Assembly (NCBI GenBank): GCA_963718565.1 | Contig: OY970364.1 | Coordinates: 224,001 to 288,000 of the forward strand | DNA: 64,000 nucleotides | Source: an uncultured Verrucomicrobiae bacterium | Lineage (GTDB): Bacteria; Chlamydiota; Chlamydiia; Chlamydiales; Rhabdochlamydiaceae | Direction: 5' to 3' | Shown: one piece after another, positions 51,879 to 62,461 of the stretch | Layout: each line of letters opens with the position of its first letter | Position numbering within the stretch: the stretch's first letter is position 1 | Made by a program: the position numbers and the translations under genes | The notes under the pieces: model-generated | Databases searched by the model: none | Told to the model about the DNA's origin: nothing | What the model saw: the letters and a program-made list of their open reading frames with translations, nothing else

Positions 51879-53300
51879 TTAAGTCAAAGCCAAATCTTGT
51901 TCTCTTAATTTTTGGAGGGCTTTTATCCCTTCTGTGGAAGTCGGATAGTGGCCTGTCAAACATGCAGTGCAAAGATCACCCAACCCAATTGCCTCTTTTA
52001 AACTGTCGATGTCATTGTAAACTAAAGCGTCGGCGCCGATTTCTTGGGAAATTTCTGCAATACTTCTATTTCGAGCAATCAACTGATTGTGGCAAGGAAA
52101 ATCAATGCCGTAAACACAAGGATGAAGAATGGGGGGGAAAGTAGAGGCGAAAATAATTTTGCGAGCGCCTGCTTTCCGCGCGAGAAAAACTGTGCGTTTA
52201 GAAACATTGCCTCGAACGATGCTATCATCGACCAAAATCACAGTCTTGCCTTCAAACACGGAACGAACGGCAGCTAATTTCTGTAAAATCGCTCCTTGTC
52301 GATGCTCCTGTCCTGCCATGATGAACGTTCTTCCTGAATGGCGGAGAGGACAGAATCCTTCAGCAAATGGGATTCCCAGGTGTTGGGCGAGAGCGATTCC
52401 TGCTGCAATCCCTGTTTCGGGAATAGGAACGACAACATCTGCTTGCGCCAAATCCGATTTGCGGATCTTTTCAGCGAGAAAGACCCCCAGTTTAGAGCGT
52501 ACGGAATAGACTTCTTTGCCTTCCAGAATGGAGTGAGGTTTGGCAAAATAATTGTATTCAAAACTGCAATGAGAATGCGTGCGGCGGGTCAATGCTTTTT
52601 GATGCAACTTTCCCTCGATATCGACATACATCACAACCCCTGGAGGAAGATCGTCGATCGATTCACAATCGATATTAGAAAGTGCAAGATTTTCTGAAGC
52701 AAAAGCAATAATGTCTTTTCCTTTTCCGACGAGCAGTGGCCGAATCCCTCCAGGATCGCGAAAGGCGAATATCCCTTGTTTTGTCATCATTCCAATAATG
52801 GAATAGGATCCCCGGATGCGATCATAGATGCGCTTGACTGCAATGCACAGGCGTTCAAAAAATGGCCCGGTATCAGGCATACTCTGACTTAAGAGATGCA
52901 AAATGGACTCGCTGTCGCAAGAGGCTTGAAAATGGATTCCCTGTTTTTCAAGCTGTTTGCGCACAGAAGGATAATTCACAAGGTTCCCATTGTGTGCGAG
53001 GACTAGCCAATCCTGATCTTTTTTTAAAACAAGAGGCTGCGCATCTTCCATCTTATTTTGCCCGGAGGTCGCATATCGGGTATGTCCAATTCCCAAAAGG
53101 GCGCCTGGCAATAGATGCGGCTCTGCCGCAAAAAGCTGAGAGACCAATCCTGCCCTCCTTTGATAGAAATGCTGTTCCTGCACAGGATCATATAAAAAAA
53201 TGCCGGCAGCTTCCTGCCCTCGGTGCTGCAACTGCATCATTCCAATATGAATCAATGCTGAAATGCGCTTTTTCCCAATGATCCCAATGATTCCACACAT
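51879..53300 (-). CDS. purF: Amidophosphoribosyltransferase (Fe-S type)
   Basis: MCGI Ntn Cys, LQHRGQE, GHTRYAT, HNGNL, VDDSIVRG, CTAC. Confidence 0.96.
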   Translation of the reverse strand: MCGIIGIIGKKRISALIHIGMMQLQHRGQEAAGIFLYDPVQEQHFYQRRAGLVSQLFAAEPHLLPGALLGIGHTRYATSGQNKMEDAQPLVLKKDQDWLVLAHNGNLVNYPSVRKQLEKQGIHFQASCDSESILHLLSQSMPDTGPFFERLCIAVKRIYDRIRGSYSIIGMMTKQGIFAFRDPGGIRPLLVGKGKDIIAFASENLALSNIDCESIDDLPPGVVMYVDIEGKLHQKALTRRTHSHCSFEYNYFAKPHSILEGKEVYSVRSKLGVFLAEKIRKSDLAQADVVVPIPETGIAAGIALAQHLGIPFAEGFCPLRHSGRTFIMAGQEHRQGAILQKLAAVRSVFEGKTVILVDDSIVRGNVSKRTVFLARKAGARKIIFASTFPPILHPCVYGIDFPCHNQLIARNRSIAEISQEIGADALVYNDIDSLKEAIGLGDLCTACLTGHYPTSTEGIKALQKLREQDLALT

Positions 53301-54145
53301 AGAACTCCTTGTGCGTCGTGCTTAAAAGAAGCTGAAACAAGCTCATGGCTATGCACATGTTGTTGTTCGACATCGTCGATGAAAAGGCTGTCTGTCCCGG
53401 GGAGGATCTTGACTCTGCCTTGAGAAATCAATTGCAGAGCGCAAAGACATGCCGGCCAATCACTGATGGCTTTTTGCCGTTCTTGATGAGCGATAGCGCT
53501 CTCTTTAGTGATTGGATAGCCTTCCCTATACTCTACCCATGGCCCTGAAACGACGATTGGACCTGTGTCTGCCTTTTCGTCGATTACAATGACGGTAGAT
53601 CGAGTTTTTTCTTGGCCATTTTGAAGGGCTTGCAAAACAGCTTGATCGCCAACGAATTTACGCCTGCCTCGTGGGTCCAGATGAGTGAGATCGGCAGGAT
53701 GCACATTTAAAATGCGATAAGGAAATGCTTCAAGCCAGCAGGAACTGAGGATGCGCATGTATCCGGCCAAAAGCAGAAAATCAATAGAAAGAGCTTCTTT
53801 TTCCATCAAAGAAAACAGCTTCTTTACTCCCTGCTGATCGTACTCCTTGCGGAGTTCAGGATTGCAAGGATTGCTGGCGTGTTTGTCTTTAATAAAAGAG
53901 CTAAAAGGATGTTGAATGAGTGGAAGTTTTTCTTCTTTGGCGATCTGTGAAAAACGGCTTTCCCTGTCTGTGAATAGCAGTTTTATAGCAAAAGGAGATT
54001 TTCCATAAAGCCGCTCGCTCTCTTTTTGCGCTGCTAGCATCGCGCGCAAGATCGTCCCTGACCCTGAGCCGAACACAGCCACATGCATGGGGCGGTGTGA
54101 ACAAGGACGATATAAGGGTTCTGCTCTAGTCATATCTGCCGTCAT
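53252..54145 (-). CDS. purN: GAR formyltransferase
   Basis: FGSGSGT, LAGYMRIL, LNVHPA, DTGPI; operon context. Confidence 0.85.
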   Translation of the reverse strand: MTADMTRAEPLYRPCSHRPMHVAVFGSGSGTILRAMLAAQKESERLYGKSPFAIKLLFTDRESRFSQIAKEEKLPLIQHPFSSFIKDKHASNPCNPELRKEYDQQGVKKLFSLMEKEALSIDFLLLAGYMRILSSCWLEAFPYRILNVHPADLTHLDPRGRRKFVGDQAVLQALQNGQEKTRSTVIVIDEKADTGPIVVSGPWVEYREGYPITKESAIAHQERQKAISDWPACLCALQLISQGRVKILPGTDSLFIDDVEQQHVHSHELVSASFKHDAQGVLCVESLGSLGKSAFQH

Positions 54146-55437
54146 TGCGTTTGAAGATGAAATTTTCCAATATCCTGACGGAAATGCGCCCAAGTTAAAG
54201 AAAGTTGGCGGATCGATGCATAAGTGTGGGCAATGGCTTGAGTCAAGTTGACGCCGATCCCAGTCACTCCCAAGACTCGTCCAGAAGTTGTGACGAGATG
54301 CCCATGGGGATCGAGAGCTGTCCCGGCATGGAAGAGAAAGAGATCTTCTCTATGTGCGCATAACTCAAGTCCTTCTATTCGCTCTCCACTCGAAGAAGAA
54401 AGGGGGTAGCCTTTGGACGCTAAAACCACGCAGCAAGCTGCCAAAGGTTTGAATCGGATCAAAGTGCGATTAAGTTCTCCTTGGACACAAGCCATCAGCG
54501 CTTCTGCTAGATCTGTTTCAAGTAACGGGAGAACTGCCTGAGTCTCAGGGTCCCCAAAACGGCAATTGTATTCGAGTACTTTAGGTCCATGGGATGTCCA
54601 CATAATTCCAAAATATAACAACCCCCGATAATCGATGTTTTCAAACTGCAATCCTCGTAGAGTAGGTTGGACAATGGTGTGCTCTATCTCGTCTTTCATC
54701 TCTTCTGTTAAAAACGGAAGGGGTGCATAGGCGCCCATTCCTCCTGTATTTGGACCGAGATCTTGTTCATAAAGCCGCTTGTGGTCTTGTGCCGCGATCA
54801 AAGGGACCATTCTTGCCCCATCTGATAGCACTTGGAAGGAAAGTTCAGGACCGGAAAGGAGCTCTTCTACGACAATTTCATCGCCTGAATTGCCATAACA
54901 TTTTTCTTCCATCATTTTCTGAATCGCATTTTCAGCTTCTTGGAAATGTTGACAACAGGTGACCCCTTTTCCTCCTGTAAGGCCGCTCGGCTTGATGACT
55001 GCGCCTTTTCCCCGAGAAAAAAAAGAAAGCGTAGCCTGTCTTGCTTGTGGGACGGTGTGGCAAATCTCAAACTGTGCTGTGGGAATCTGGTGCCTAAGCA
55101 TGAATTCTTTGGCCCATGCTTTGCTACTTTCCAATTGGGCCGCGTCTTTCGAAGGCCCAAAAAGAGGAAGGTTTTGAGCGGCGAAGAAATTTTGAATTCC
55201 TTTTTCCAAAGGAATTTCTGGCCCTACGACTGTAAGGTCGATCTTTTCCTCTTGTACACGCTGAGCGATGGCTGCATGGTCGTCGATGGAAAAATTTTCC
55301 TTCTCTTGACACAGAGCAGAAGCGATGGCCCGTATGCCAGGATTTCCAGGGTGGCAGAACACAGAATGTCCTTGACGCAAAAGCGTCTGGGCCAATGCGT
55401 GTTCTCTTCCTCCGGAGCCGATCACAGCAACTTTCAT
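54142..55437 (-). CDS. purD: Phosphoribosylamine-glycine ligase
   Basis: GSGGREHAL, VGPE, QDHKR, GPNTGGMG, EYNCRFGDPE. Confidence 0.97.
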   Translation of the reverse strand: MKVAVIGSGGREHALAQTLLRQGHSVFCHPGNPGIRAIASALCQEKENFSIDDHAAIAQRVQEEKIDLTVVGPEIPLEKGIQNFFAAQNLPLFGPSKDAAQLESSKAWAKEFMLRHQIPTAQFEICHTVPQARQATLSFFSRGKGAVIKPSGLTGGKGVTCCQHFQEAENAIQKMMEEKCYGNSGDEIVVEELLSGPELSFQVLSDGARMVPLIAAQDHKRLYEQDLGPNTGGMGAYAPLPFLTEEMKDEIEHTIVQPTLRGLQFENIDYRGLLYFGIMWTSHGPKVLEYNCRFGDPETQAVLPLLETDLAEALMACVQGELNRTLIRFKPLAACCVVLASKGYPLSSSSGERIEGLELCAHREDLFLFHAGTALDPHGHLVTTSGRVLGVTGIGVNLTQAIAHTYASIRQLSLTWAHFRQDIGKFHLQTQ

Positions 55438-55441
55438 AAGG

Positions 55442-56776
55442 TTAAACCTCCGCAGTAGGGCCCATGGCTTTGAGGATCCGGACCGCGGCTAAAGCGGCAT
55501 TTGCGGGATCGATGACTGTCAAGACGGGGACTTGGCTCGGCATCTGTAGAGAAGAGTGGATGTTGATCAAATAGTCCTGGCCATCTTTGAAAAAAGGACA
55601 AGCGATCACTGGCCATTTCAGATTAGCGGCAGCCACTCCTGATAATGCATTGCTTCTTCCTGCAATTGTCAAGCAGACAATGGGCTCTAAGGATTCATTG
55701 AATGTTTCAATCAATGAGAAAAGGGCTTTGGGGTGTTTATGGGCAGAAGCGATTTCAATGCGATATTTGATCCCTTCTTGATCAAAGACCGCTTGCATTT
55801 TTTCTGCATGGCCCATGTCCTTTTCGCTGCCTAAAATAATAAGAGCAAAACTCCCTTTAATCACCTTTGCTTTTTTAAGGTTCACAAACATCCTTTCCGG
55901 AAAAAGATACTGCTGCTGTCGGAGCTGTAATCCAGTGATTGCCTCGTAAACTTCCGCATATCCCTGGTGGATTTTCCATTGGACCTCTTCGGGAAGAGAG
56001 GGGGTTGGCCCGGTTCCGGTGAATCCGTGCTCTCTTGCCCACTCGCGCACAAACTCTTTATCAGGAAATCGCACCTCTTTTTTTTCGAGGTCTTTTTGAA
56101 ACCAAAATCTCGAAGAATCGGGTGTGTGGATTTCATCAATGAGCATCAAACGCTGGGAAGGATCGATTCCAAACTCATATTTCGTATCGACAAGAATCAT
56201 TCCCCGTTCTTTTAAGAGTTCATTGCCTCTGCGATACAGGCCAAGCGCTGTCCTCTCCATTTCTTCCCAAAGAGAAAGGTCTACGATCTTCTGTTTGAGA
56301 ATCTCCTCTTTTGAAATATCCTCGTCATGTCCTTCCGTGCTCTTGGTCGTTGGAGTGACAATGGGCTCTGGAAGCGGATCATTCTGATGGAGGCCTTCAG
56401 GGATTTTAACACCGCATTTCTCTCTTTTGCCTTTTGCATAATCTCGCCATAATGAGCCTGCGAGATAGCCTCTCACGATGACTTCAATTGGAATAGGAGT
56501 GCATTTTTTGACGATCGTCACATTGGGATCCGGATGAGAAATCACATGATTGGCAATGATGTCTTTTGTTTTTTCAAACCAGAAGAGGGCAAGTTCTGTC
56601 AAAATCCTTCCCTTTTCATAAATCGGCTCTTGAAGGATCCGATCAAAAATGGAGATTCTGTCGCTTGCGACAAGGATCAATGAGTCATTGTGTTCATAAA
56701 TATCTCGTACTTTCCCTTGTCTTCGGACTCCGAGTTCGGGAAGAAACAGTGAAGAGGGTGTTGCTTGTTTTTGCAT
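55442..56776 (-). CDS. purC: SAICAR synthetase fused to PurE (PAICS-like)
   Basis: GKVRDIY, SDRIS, DTKYEFG, DEIHTPDSSRFW; C-terminal LGSEKD, SAHK, AGRSNALSG. Confidence 0.9.
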   Translation of the reverse strand: MQKQATPSSLFLPELGVRRQGKVRDIYEHNDSLILVASDRISIFDRILQEPIYEKGRILTELALFWFEKTKDIIANHVISHPDPNVTIVKKCTPIPIEVIVRGYLAGSLWRDYAKGKREKCGVKIPEGLHQNDPLPEPIVTPTTKSTEGHDEDISKEEILKQKIVDLSLWEEMERTALGLYRRGNELLKERGMILVDTKYEFGIDPSQRLMLIDEIHTPDSSRFWFQKDLEKKEVRFPDKEFVREWAREHGFTGTGPTPSLPEEVQWKIHQGYAEVYEAITGLQLRQQQYLFPERMFVNLKKAKVIKGSFALIILGSEKDMGHAEKMQAVFDQEGIKYRIEIASAHKHPKALFSLIETFNESLEPIVCLTIAGRSNALSGVAAANLKWPVIACPFFKDGQDYLINIHSSLQMPSQVPVLTVIDPANAALAAVRILKAMGPTAEV

Positions 56777-56798
56777 AAATAATCGTAGAAGAGTTAAT

Positions 56799-56980
56799 GA
56801 GGGAATTGCAAAACTCCTCGCCGCGTAAAATCGCGCTTTTGACACCTGTCGCTTCGGCGGCGGCTCTCCTACTTATCCAAGTATGCTTTCGCCGCCGCCA
56901 ACCAAACCCGCTGTGCTGGTTCTGGCAACAGGTGCCAAAATCATCGATTTTCTGCTGGCGAGGGGTTTTGCAATTCCCTC
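56799..56980. mobile_element. Structured MITE family A, copy 2 (inverted relative to copy 1)
   Basis: Same TIR and interior; TAAT duplication; its last base is part of the purH TAG stop. Confidence 0.85.
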
Positions 56981-58623
56981 TAATGGTTAAAATAGCGCTG
57001 TCCTGTAAAGATCATGCATAAATCATTGTGATCCGCAGCTTCGATGACCTCGAGGTCTCGGATCGATCCGCCAGGCTGAAGACATGTTTTTATTCCATAT
57101 TCTGCAGCTTGGGCAACTGTATCAGCAAAAGGAAAAAATCCATCGCTGACTAGCACCGTTTTTTCTAGAGCTTCTTTGGCGTTTTTTTCTCCGACGTCAT
57201 TTTTTAAATTTTCGAGGGCTTTTGGCAAAGCGAGCTTTTGTAGGCTATCCACTCTATTAGGTTGTCCTCCTCCCACTCCGATCAGCTGATGAAATCCCGG
57301 AGCGTATTCCTGAACAATCACGGTAGCGTTGGATTTCACAGAGTGTGCGGCTACAATGCCAAAGCGGAATAAACCGATCTGCTCAATCTCAGGCATCCGC
57401 TTTGTCACAACTCCAATCTTCTGTTTTGCATCGATTTCAACGCGATGAAAAAGCTGCTGTAAAGAAGTGCAAAGATCCTTCTTTGGAGTTTGAATGAGCA
57501 TTCCTCCTGAAATCCCGCGAAACAACAAGGGTGCAACATCATCAAAAGAAACTTGTAAGAGGCGCAAGTTTGGCCTGGAAACAGAAGCCCACTCAACAAA
57601 AGAGGGGCTAAAAGCAGGGGCGAGAAGGATTTCGATAAAACGATCCTTTAAACCCTGATGAAAATCTTCTTCGACGGGCTGAGAAAGGGCCACAATGCTG
57701 CCAAAAGCAGACTTAGCATCGCCGCTCCATGCTTTGTGAAACGCATCTTTCACTGTCCTTCCCGTTGCAAAACCTGATAAACTGCCATGTTTTACAATAG
57801 CGGCAATCGGTTGTTTTTCCATCTCGCAGAGTCTTTGAATAGCAAGAAATGCCTGTGAAGCATCTTCATAATTGTTGTAGGAGAGCTCTTTTCCTCCGAG
57901 GATTTTTGCAGAAGCGACACCTTGCTGTTTTTCAAAACAGTAGACCCATGCTTCTTGATCAGGATTTTCCCCATAACAGAGTTTGCGCCCCTTGGAAAGA
58001 GGAAGGTGCAAAGTGGACTCGTTCTGCAATCTTTTGGAAAACTCCGAGGCGATAAGAGCTTCATAAGCAGCGCTTGTTTGCATCGCCTTGACGGCAAGTC
58101 TTTTGCGCGTCTCAAGAGAGAGTGCTCCTTGATTGACTCTAAGTTCCTCCACAATCGCAGGGTAATCTTGGGGATCGGCGATGATCGCCACTGAGAAAAA
58201 ATTTTTACAAGCACTCCGGATCAACGAGGACCCTCCAATGTCCATAGATTCAAGCAACTCCGCCATGTCGCTATTAGGATCTTGGCTGATCTTTTCAAAG
58301 GGATAGAGATTACAGACGATCAGATCGATCGGCTCGATCTGCAGATGCTTGGCTTCTTGTTCATCCTTTCCTCGACGATAAAGGATTCCTCCAAAAATGA
58401 CGGGGTGTAAAGTTTTCACTCTTCCGTCAAAGCACTCTGGAAACTGTGTCTTTTCAGAAAGTGGCACAAAGGGAATGTCAGCTGCAGCAAGAGCTTTGGC
58501 GGTTCCTCCAGTAGAAATGATGTGAATAGAGTCGTCGATCTTAAGCAATTCTTTAGCAAAGGGGACGAGCCCCTGTTTGTCGCTTACTGAAAAAAGTGCT
58601 CTTTTAATCCTCATGGGATTCAT
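56980..58623 (-). CDS. purH: AICAR transformylase/IMP cyclohydrolase
   Basis: ALFSVSDK, STGGT, GRVKTLHP, YGENP, LSYNN, SDGFFPF, QPGGS. Confidence 0.97.
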   Translation of the reverse strand: MNPMRIKRALFSVSDKQGLVPFAKELLKIDDSIHIISTGGTAKALAAADIPFVPLSEKTQFPECFDGRVKTLHPVIFGGILYRRGKDEQEAKHLQIEPIDLIVCNLYPFEKISQDPNSDMAELLESMDIGGSSLIRSACKNFFSVAIIADPQDYPAIVEELRVNQGALSLETRKRLAVKAMQTSAAYEALIASEFSKRLQNESTLHLPLSKGRKLCYGENPDQEAWVYCFEKQQGVASAKILGGKELSYNNYEDASQAFLAIQRLCEMEKQPIAAIVKHGSLSGFATGRTVKDAFHKAWSGDAKSAFGSIVALSQPVEEDFHQGLKDRFIEILLAPAFSPSFVEWASVSRPNLRLLQVSFDDVAPLLFRGISGGMLIQTPKKDLCTSLQQLFHRVEIDAKQKIGVVTKRMPEIEQIGLFRFGIVAAHSVKSNATVIVQEYAPGFHQLIGVGGGQPNRVDSLQKLALPKALENLKNDVGEKNAKEALEKTVLVSDGFFPFADTVAQAAEYGIKTCLQPGGSIRDLEVIEAADHNDLCMIFTGQRYFNH

Positions 58624-59447
58624 CTTTGCCTTGAATAATTGACGATGTTTTTAAATAGGTCTAAAGAAGGTCCGTACACAGGGATGGGGAGCCCTTGTCG
58701 CTGCATCGTTTCTTTGCGCCGAGTCCAATCGGGAAAATGGGTAAAAAACAGGGCCGCTTCCGGATGGGGCATCATGCCTAAGACCCGGCCAGTTGAGTCG
58801 CAGATGCCTGCAATCGCATGGGAAGAGCCATTGGGATTATCGGGATAATGTTGCGTCACATCTCCTTGAGCTGTTTTGTACTGGAAGACAATTTGCTGAT
58901 GAGAGATCAATTGCTGAAATCCCGCATCATCGTCAAGGGCAAAATTCCCCTCTGCATGGCGCACAGGCAAATAGAGTTCTTTTAGGTCTTTAGTAAAGAC
59001 ACAGCGTGAAGGAGGGAGATGAAGATGGACCCAGCGCGATTCAAAACGGTAGTATTTATTTCTATTCAACGATGCTTGTTGGCGGATCTCAAACCCAGGA
59101 AGAATCCCTAATTTTACAAGAAGCTGGAATCCATTGCAGACACCAAGGATGCAATTTCCTTTTTCAACAAAATCATGAAGTTCTTCAACGAGGGGTTTTC
59201 CTGCTTTTTTCCCTTTGAAAAAAACAATTTTATTCGCAAAGGCTTTCGCTGCCCCAAGTTCGTCTCCAAAAGAAAACCCTCCTGGGAAAAAAAGAAGATC
59301 AAAGTCCATTAAAAAGACCTGGCCTAATAACCAAGCTTTGACATGAGCGATCACAACTTCAGATCCGGCTAGTGCCGCCGCCCTGGCCATTTCTCTTTCA
59401 CAATTGATCCCATATCCAGTAAGGACAAGAGTGCGAACAGGTTTCAT
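58620..59447 (-). CDS. purQ: FGAM synthase glutaminase subunit
   Basis: GYGINCERE, PGGFSFGD, GVCNGFQ, NPNGS, MMPHPE. Confidence 0.95.
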   Translation of the reverse strand: MKPVRTLVLTGYGINCEREMARAAALAGSEVVIAHVKAWLLGQVFLMDFDLLFFPGGFSFGDELGAAKAFANKIVFFKGKKAGKPLVEELHDFVEKGNCILGVCNGFQLLVKLGILPGFEIRQQASLNRNKYYRFESRWVHLHLPPSRCVFTKDLKELYLPVRHAEGNFALDDDAGFQQLISHQQIVFQYKTAQGDVTQHYPDNPNGSSHAIAGICDSTGRVLGMMPHPEAALFFTHFPDWTRRKETMQRQGLPIPVYGPSLDLFKNIVNYSRQR

Positions 59448-62400
59448 AATCCCCCTCTTTTTAAGGGGGCCTGCCACACTTGCTTAAGAGCAAAAATATC
59501 TTCCTGAAGGATTCTTTTTCCCGATCTTCCTTCAATGATCAATTGTCGAGCATCGCGCACAATCCCAATCTGTGCACATAGACTGGAATTCAATGCCGCT
59601 TCAAAAGCCTCTTTGAATCGAGGATCGATCGTCACGACAAATCGGCTTGGCGACTCTGAAAAAAGAATCTCTGCATCGCAACTGGTGTCTTTTGTGATGA
59701 CCTGGCTTAAGTTCACTTCAAGACCATATCCGCCTGAAAAAGCTTTTTCTGCCAAAGCAACACCTAATCCTCCTTCAGAGCAATCGTGACAAGAAGCGAC
59801 CAAATTCTCTTGAATCGCCTGGAAAAGAGAACGATATAACCTCTTAGCAGCGTCGCATTCTACTTTCGGGACGATGCCTCCCGTTTGTTTTTTCATTGCA
59901 AGATATTCGGAACCCCCCATTTCTTTTTTGGTCAATCCGAGAAGATAAATGAGGTCTCCGGGCTGCTTGACATCCATTGTGATCGCTTTTGCAAGAGAGG
60001 GGATTTTGCCGACCGCAGTGATCAGCAATGTCGGAGGCACTGAAATTTTCACATTCCCAATCTTGTAATCATTTTTCATGCTATCCTTGCCAGAAATGAT
60101 CGGGGTTTGAAAAGCTTTTGAAGCTTCATAAAGCCCTCGATTGGCTCGCACAAGTTGAGCTAATTTGAATTTTCCGTCAGGATTTTTTTCGGGATCATAA
60201 ATAGGATCAGGCCAACAGAAATTATCGAGGATAGCGATGCGATCGGGGTTGGCTCCGACAGCGACCTGATTGCGGATTGCCTCATCTAGCGCGCAACAGG
60301 CCATTGCGTAAGGGTCAATGTCGCCATACCGAGGGCAAATTCCATTCGAAATCACGATCCCTTCTCCTTGACATTCCATCGGCGAAAGAATAGCTGCATC
60401 GCCGGGACCATCGTAAGCTGCGCCGACAAGGGGTTTTAGCATGCTGGCTGCTTGCACTTCACCGTCGTACTGCCGAATAATGCTTTCTTTGCTGCAAATA
60501 TTATAACGTGAAAGAAGCTGCTTCAAATCTGCTCCCAAATCAGAAGGGACAAGGGAAACGGATCGTTGTTCCGGCGCATTCCATTCCGCTTCTAGTTGCA
60601 ACTGCGGCAGGCCGTCATGAAGAAAGTCAAGGGAGAGCAAAGCAACGGTCTTTTCTTTCCACAGCACGTGAAAAAGACCCGTTTGTGTGAACGTTCCAAT
60701 CACAGCCATGTCCACTTCGTGGAAGTCAGCCAATGCTTCTAATTTCTGTTTCTCTTCGGGACTAACGGCCAGGGTCATCCGCTCTTGCGATTCGCTTAAA
60801 AGGATTTCCCAAGGAGAAAGAAAGGGATTTTTGAGCAGGACTTGATCCAAATGGATTTCACATCCTCCACAGAGAAGGGCCAACTCTCCCACCGACGAAG
60901 ATAGTCCTCCTGCCCCATTATCTGTCACTGTTCGGTAAAGCCCTAAGTCCCGGGCTTCTAATAAAAAATCATGCAGTTTTTTTTGGGTGAAAGGATCGCC
61001 AATTTGAACAGCAGTATGAGAACTTTGTTCATGGAGTTCTTGAGAAGAAAAAGTCGCACCTCGAAGGCCGTCTTTACCCGTCCTGCCTCCTACGATGACG
61101 ATCCAATCTCCGCATAAGATTGTTTTGATATGGCTTGGAGTGGAAAGAATTGTTGGGGGAATCATCCCGACTGTGCCGCAATAAACAAGCGGCTTTCCCA
61201 AATAACGCTCATCAAAAAGCAGAGCCCCATTGACTGTAGGAATTCCACTTTTATTTCCTCCATGCTCAATCCCTTTGCAAACCCCTTCCATCACGCGTTT
61301 TGGATGCATGAGCTTCTCTGGAATGGGGCCCGTATAATCAGGAGGAGCAAAACACAAGACATCCATGTTGGCTATGGGTTTGGATCCCTTGCCCGTTCCT
61401 AAAATATCGCGGTTCACTCCCAAGATGCCGGTCACAGCGCCGCCATAAGGATCCAAAGCACAAGGACTATTATGCGTTTCTACCTTACATGTAAGATCCG
61501 TCATCTCATTAAAGCGAATGATGCCCGCGTTATCTTCGAATGTAGAGACTAGCCAATCGATTGTGGCCCTCATTTCTTCTGTGGCTTTTTTGATATATGT
61601 GCGGAATAGGCTATCGATGAGGGTATTTTCATGGGGATCGCGATAGAAGATGCGCGCATTAAAAATTTTGTGTTTGCAATGCTCGCTCCAGGTTTGGGCA
61701 ATGGCTTCCAATTCCACATCTGTCGGATGTCGTGGGAGTCCATAAGAAGCGCGCTGTGCGATCACTTCTTCTTTTTCGAAATAAGATCTGATCGCAAGCA
61801 TTTCCTCTCTGTTCAGCGCGAGCTCGCGCGACTGACTGATCTCCATCAATCCCTTTTCATCTTTGTCGATAGCGATGATCTCCACATCCGCATTGTGCGT
61901 TAATGATTCTTCATTGTGGAATAGACCCTGTCCAGAGATCAGCTCATCTCTAGATGCCACAGAGATCTCTTCAATGATCGGATTTGCCAAGAGCTCTTTG
62001 CCGATTCTCACCACATCCTCACGCCCTAATTCGCCTTTCAAAAAATACTGCTTAGAGGTGAGGACCTTTTCATGTTCGGCAAAGCAAGTTCCTAAAAAAT
62101 CCTCAATGGAGATTTGAGCGGTTATTCCGAGATTATCTGTAAGGCCCTTTTTTAACCTAATTTCTAAACACCAATCAAAGTGAAAGTGAAAAGATATATC
62201 CTTACTTGATGTTTCAATCACTGGATCGACAAGAACTTTTTGGGCAATTGTTTCAAGCCCTTCGTCATTAAAGCTTTTACAAATTGTGTACACTTGAACA
62301 ATCTGGACGTGTTCTACATCGATCCCAAGGTAAGTTCTCATGGAATGGGCAAGATCTGATGCTTGTAAGTTCTCGAAATTCGGGCGTGCATAGACAAAAA

Positions 62401-62461
62401 TCTGCGGATTAGCCTTTTTCATCGCTAAGATCGAAGAAAACACATTCTCAGCTATCTCCAT
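59444..62461 (-). CDS. purL: FGAM synthase synthetase subunit with N-terminal PurS-like extension
   Basis: QTWSEHCKHK, KVETHNSP, DNGAGG, SESQERM, ISGKDS, HDCSEGG. Confidence 0.95.
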   Translation of the reverse strand: MEIAENVFSSILAMKKANPQIFVYARPNFENLQASDLAHSMRTYLGIDVEHVQIVQVYTICKSFNDEGLETIAQKVLVDPVIETSSKDISFHFHFDWCLEIRLKKGLTDNLGITAQISIEDFLGTCFAEHEKVLTSKQYFLKGELGREDVVRIGKELLANPIIEEISVASRDELISGQGLFHNEESLTHNADVEIIAIDKDEKGLMEISQSRELALNREEMLAIRSYFEKEEVIAQRASYGLPRHPTDVELEAIAQTWSEHCKHKIFNARIFYRDPHENTLIDSLFRTYIKKATEEMRATIDWLVSTFEDNAGIIRFNEMTDLTCKVETHNSPCALDPYGGAVTGILGVNRDILGTGKGSKPIANMDVLCFAPPDYTGPIPEKLMHPKRVMEGVCKGIEHGGNKSGIPTVNGALLFDERYLGKPLVYCGTVGMIPPTILSTPSHIKTILCGDWIVIVGGRTGKDGLRGATFSSQELHEQSSHTAVQIGDPFTQKKLHDFLLEARDLGLYRTVTDNGAGGLSSSVGELALLCGGCEIHLDQVLLKNPFLSPWEILLSESQERMTLAVSPEEKQKLEALADFHEVDMAVIGTFTQTGLFHVLWKEKTVALLSLDFLHDGLPQLQLEAEWNAPEQRSVSLVPSDLGADLKQLLSRYNICSKESIIRQYDGEVQAASMLKPLVGAAYDGPGDAAILSPMECQGEGIVISNGICPRYGDIDPYAMACCALDEAIRNQVAVGANPDRIAILDNFCWPDPIYDPEKNPDGKFKLAQLVRANRGLYEASKAFQTPIISGKDSMKNDYKIGNVKISVPPTLLITAVGKIPSLAKAITMDVKQPGDLIYLLGLTKKEMGGSEYLAMKKQTGGIVPKVECDAAKRLYRSLFQAIQENLVASCHDCSEGGLGVALAEKAFSGGYGLEVNLSQVITKDTSCDAEILFSESPSRFVVTIDPRFKEAFEAALNSSLCAQIGIVRDARQLIIEGRSGKRILQEDIFALKQVWQAPLKRGGL

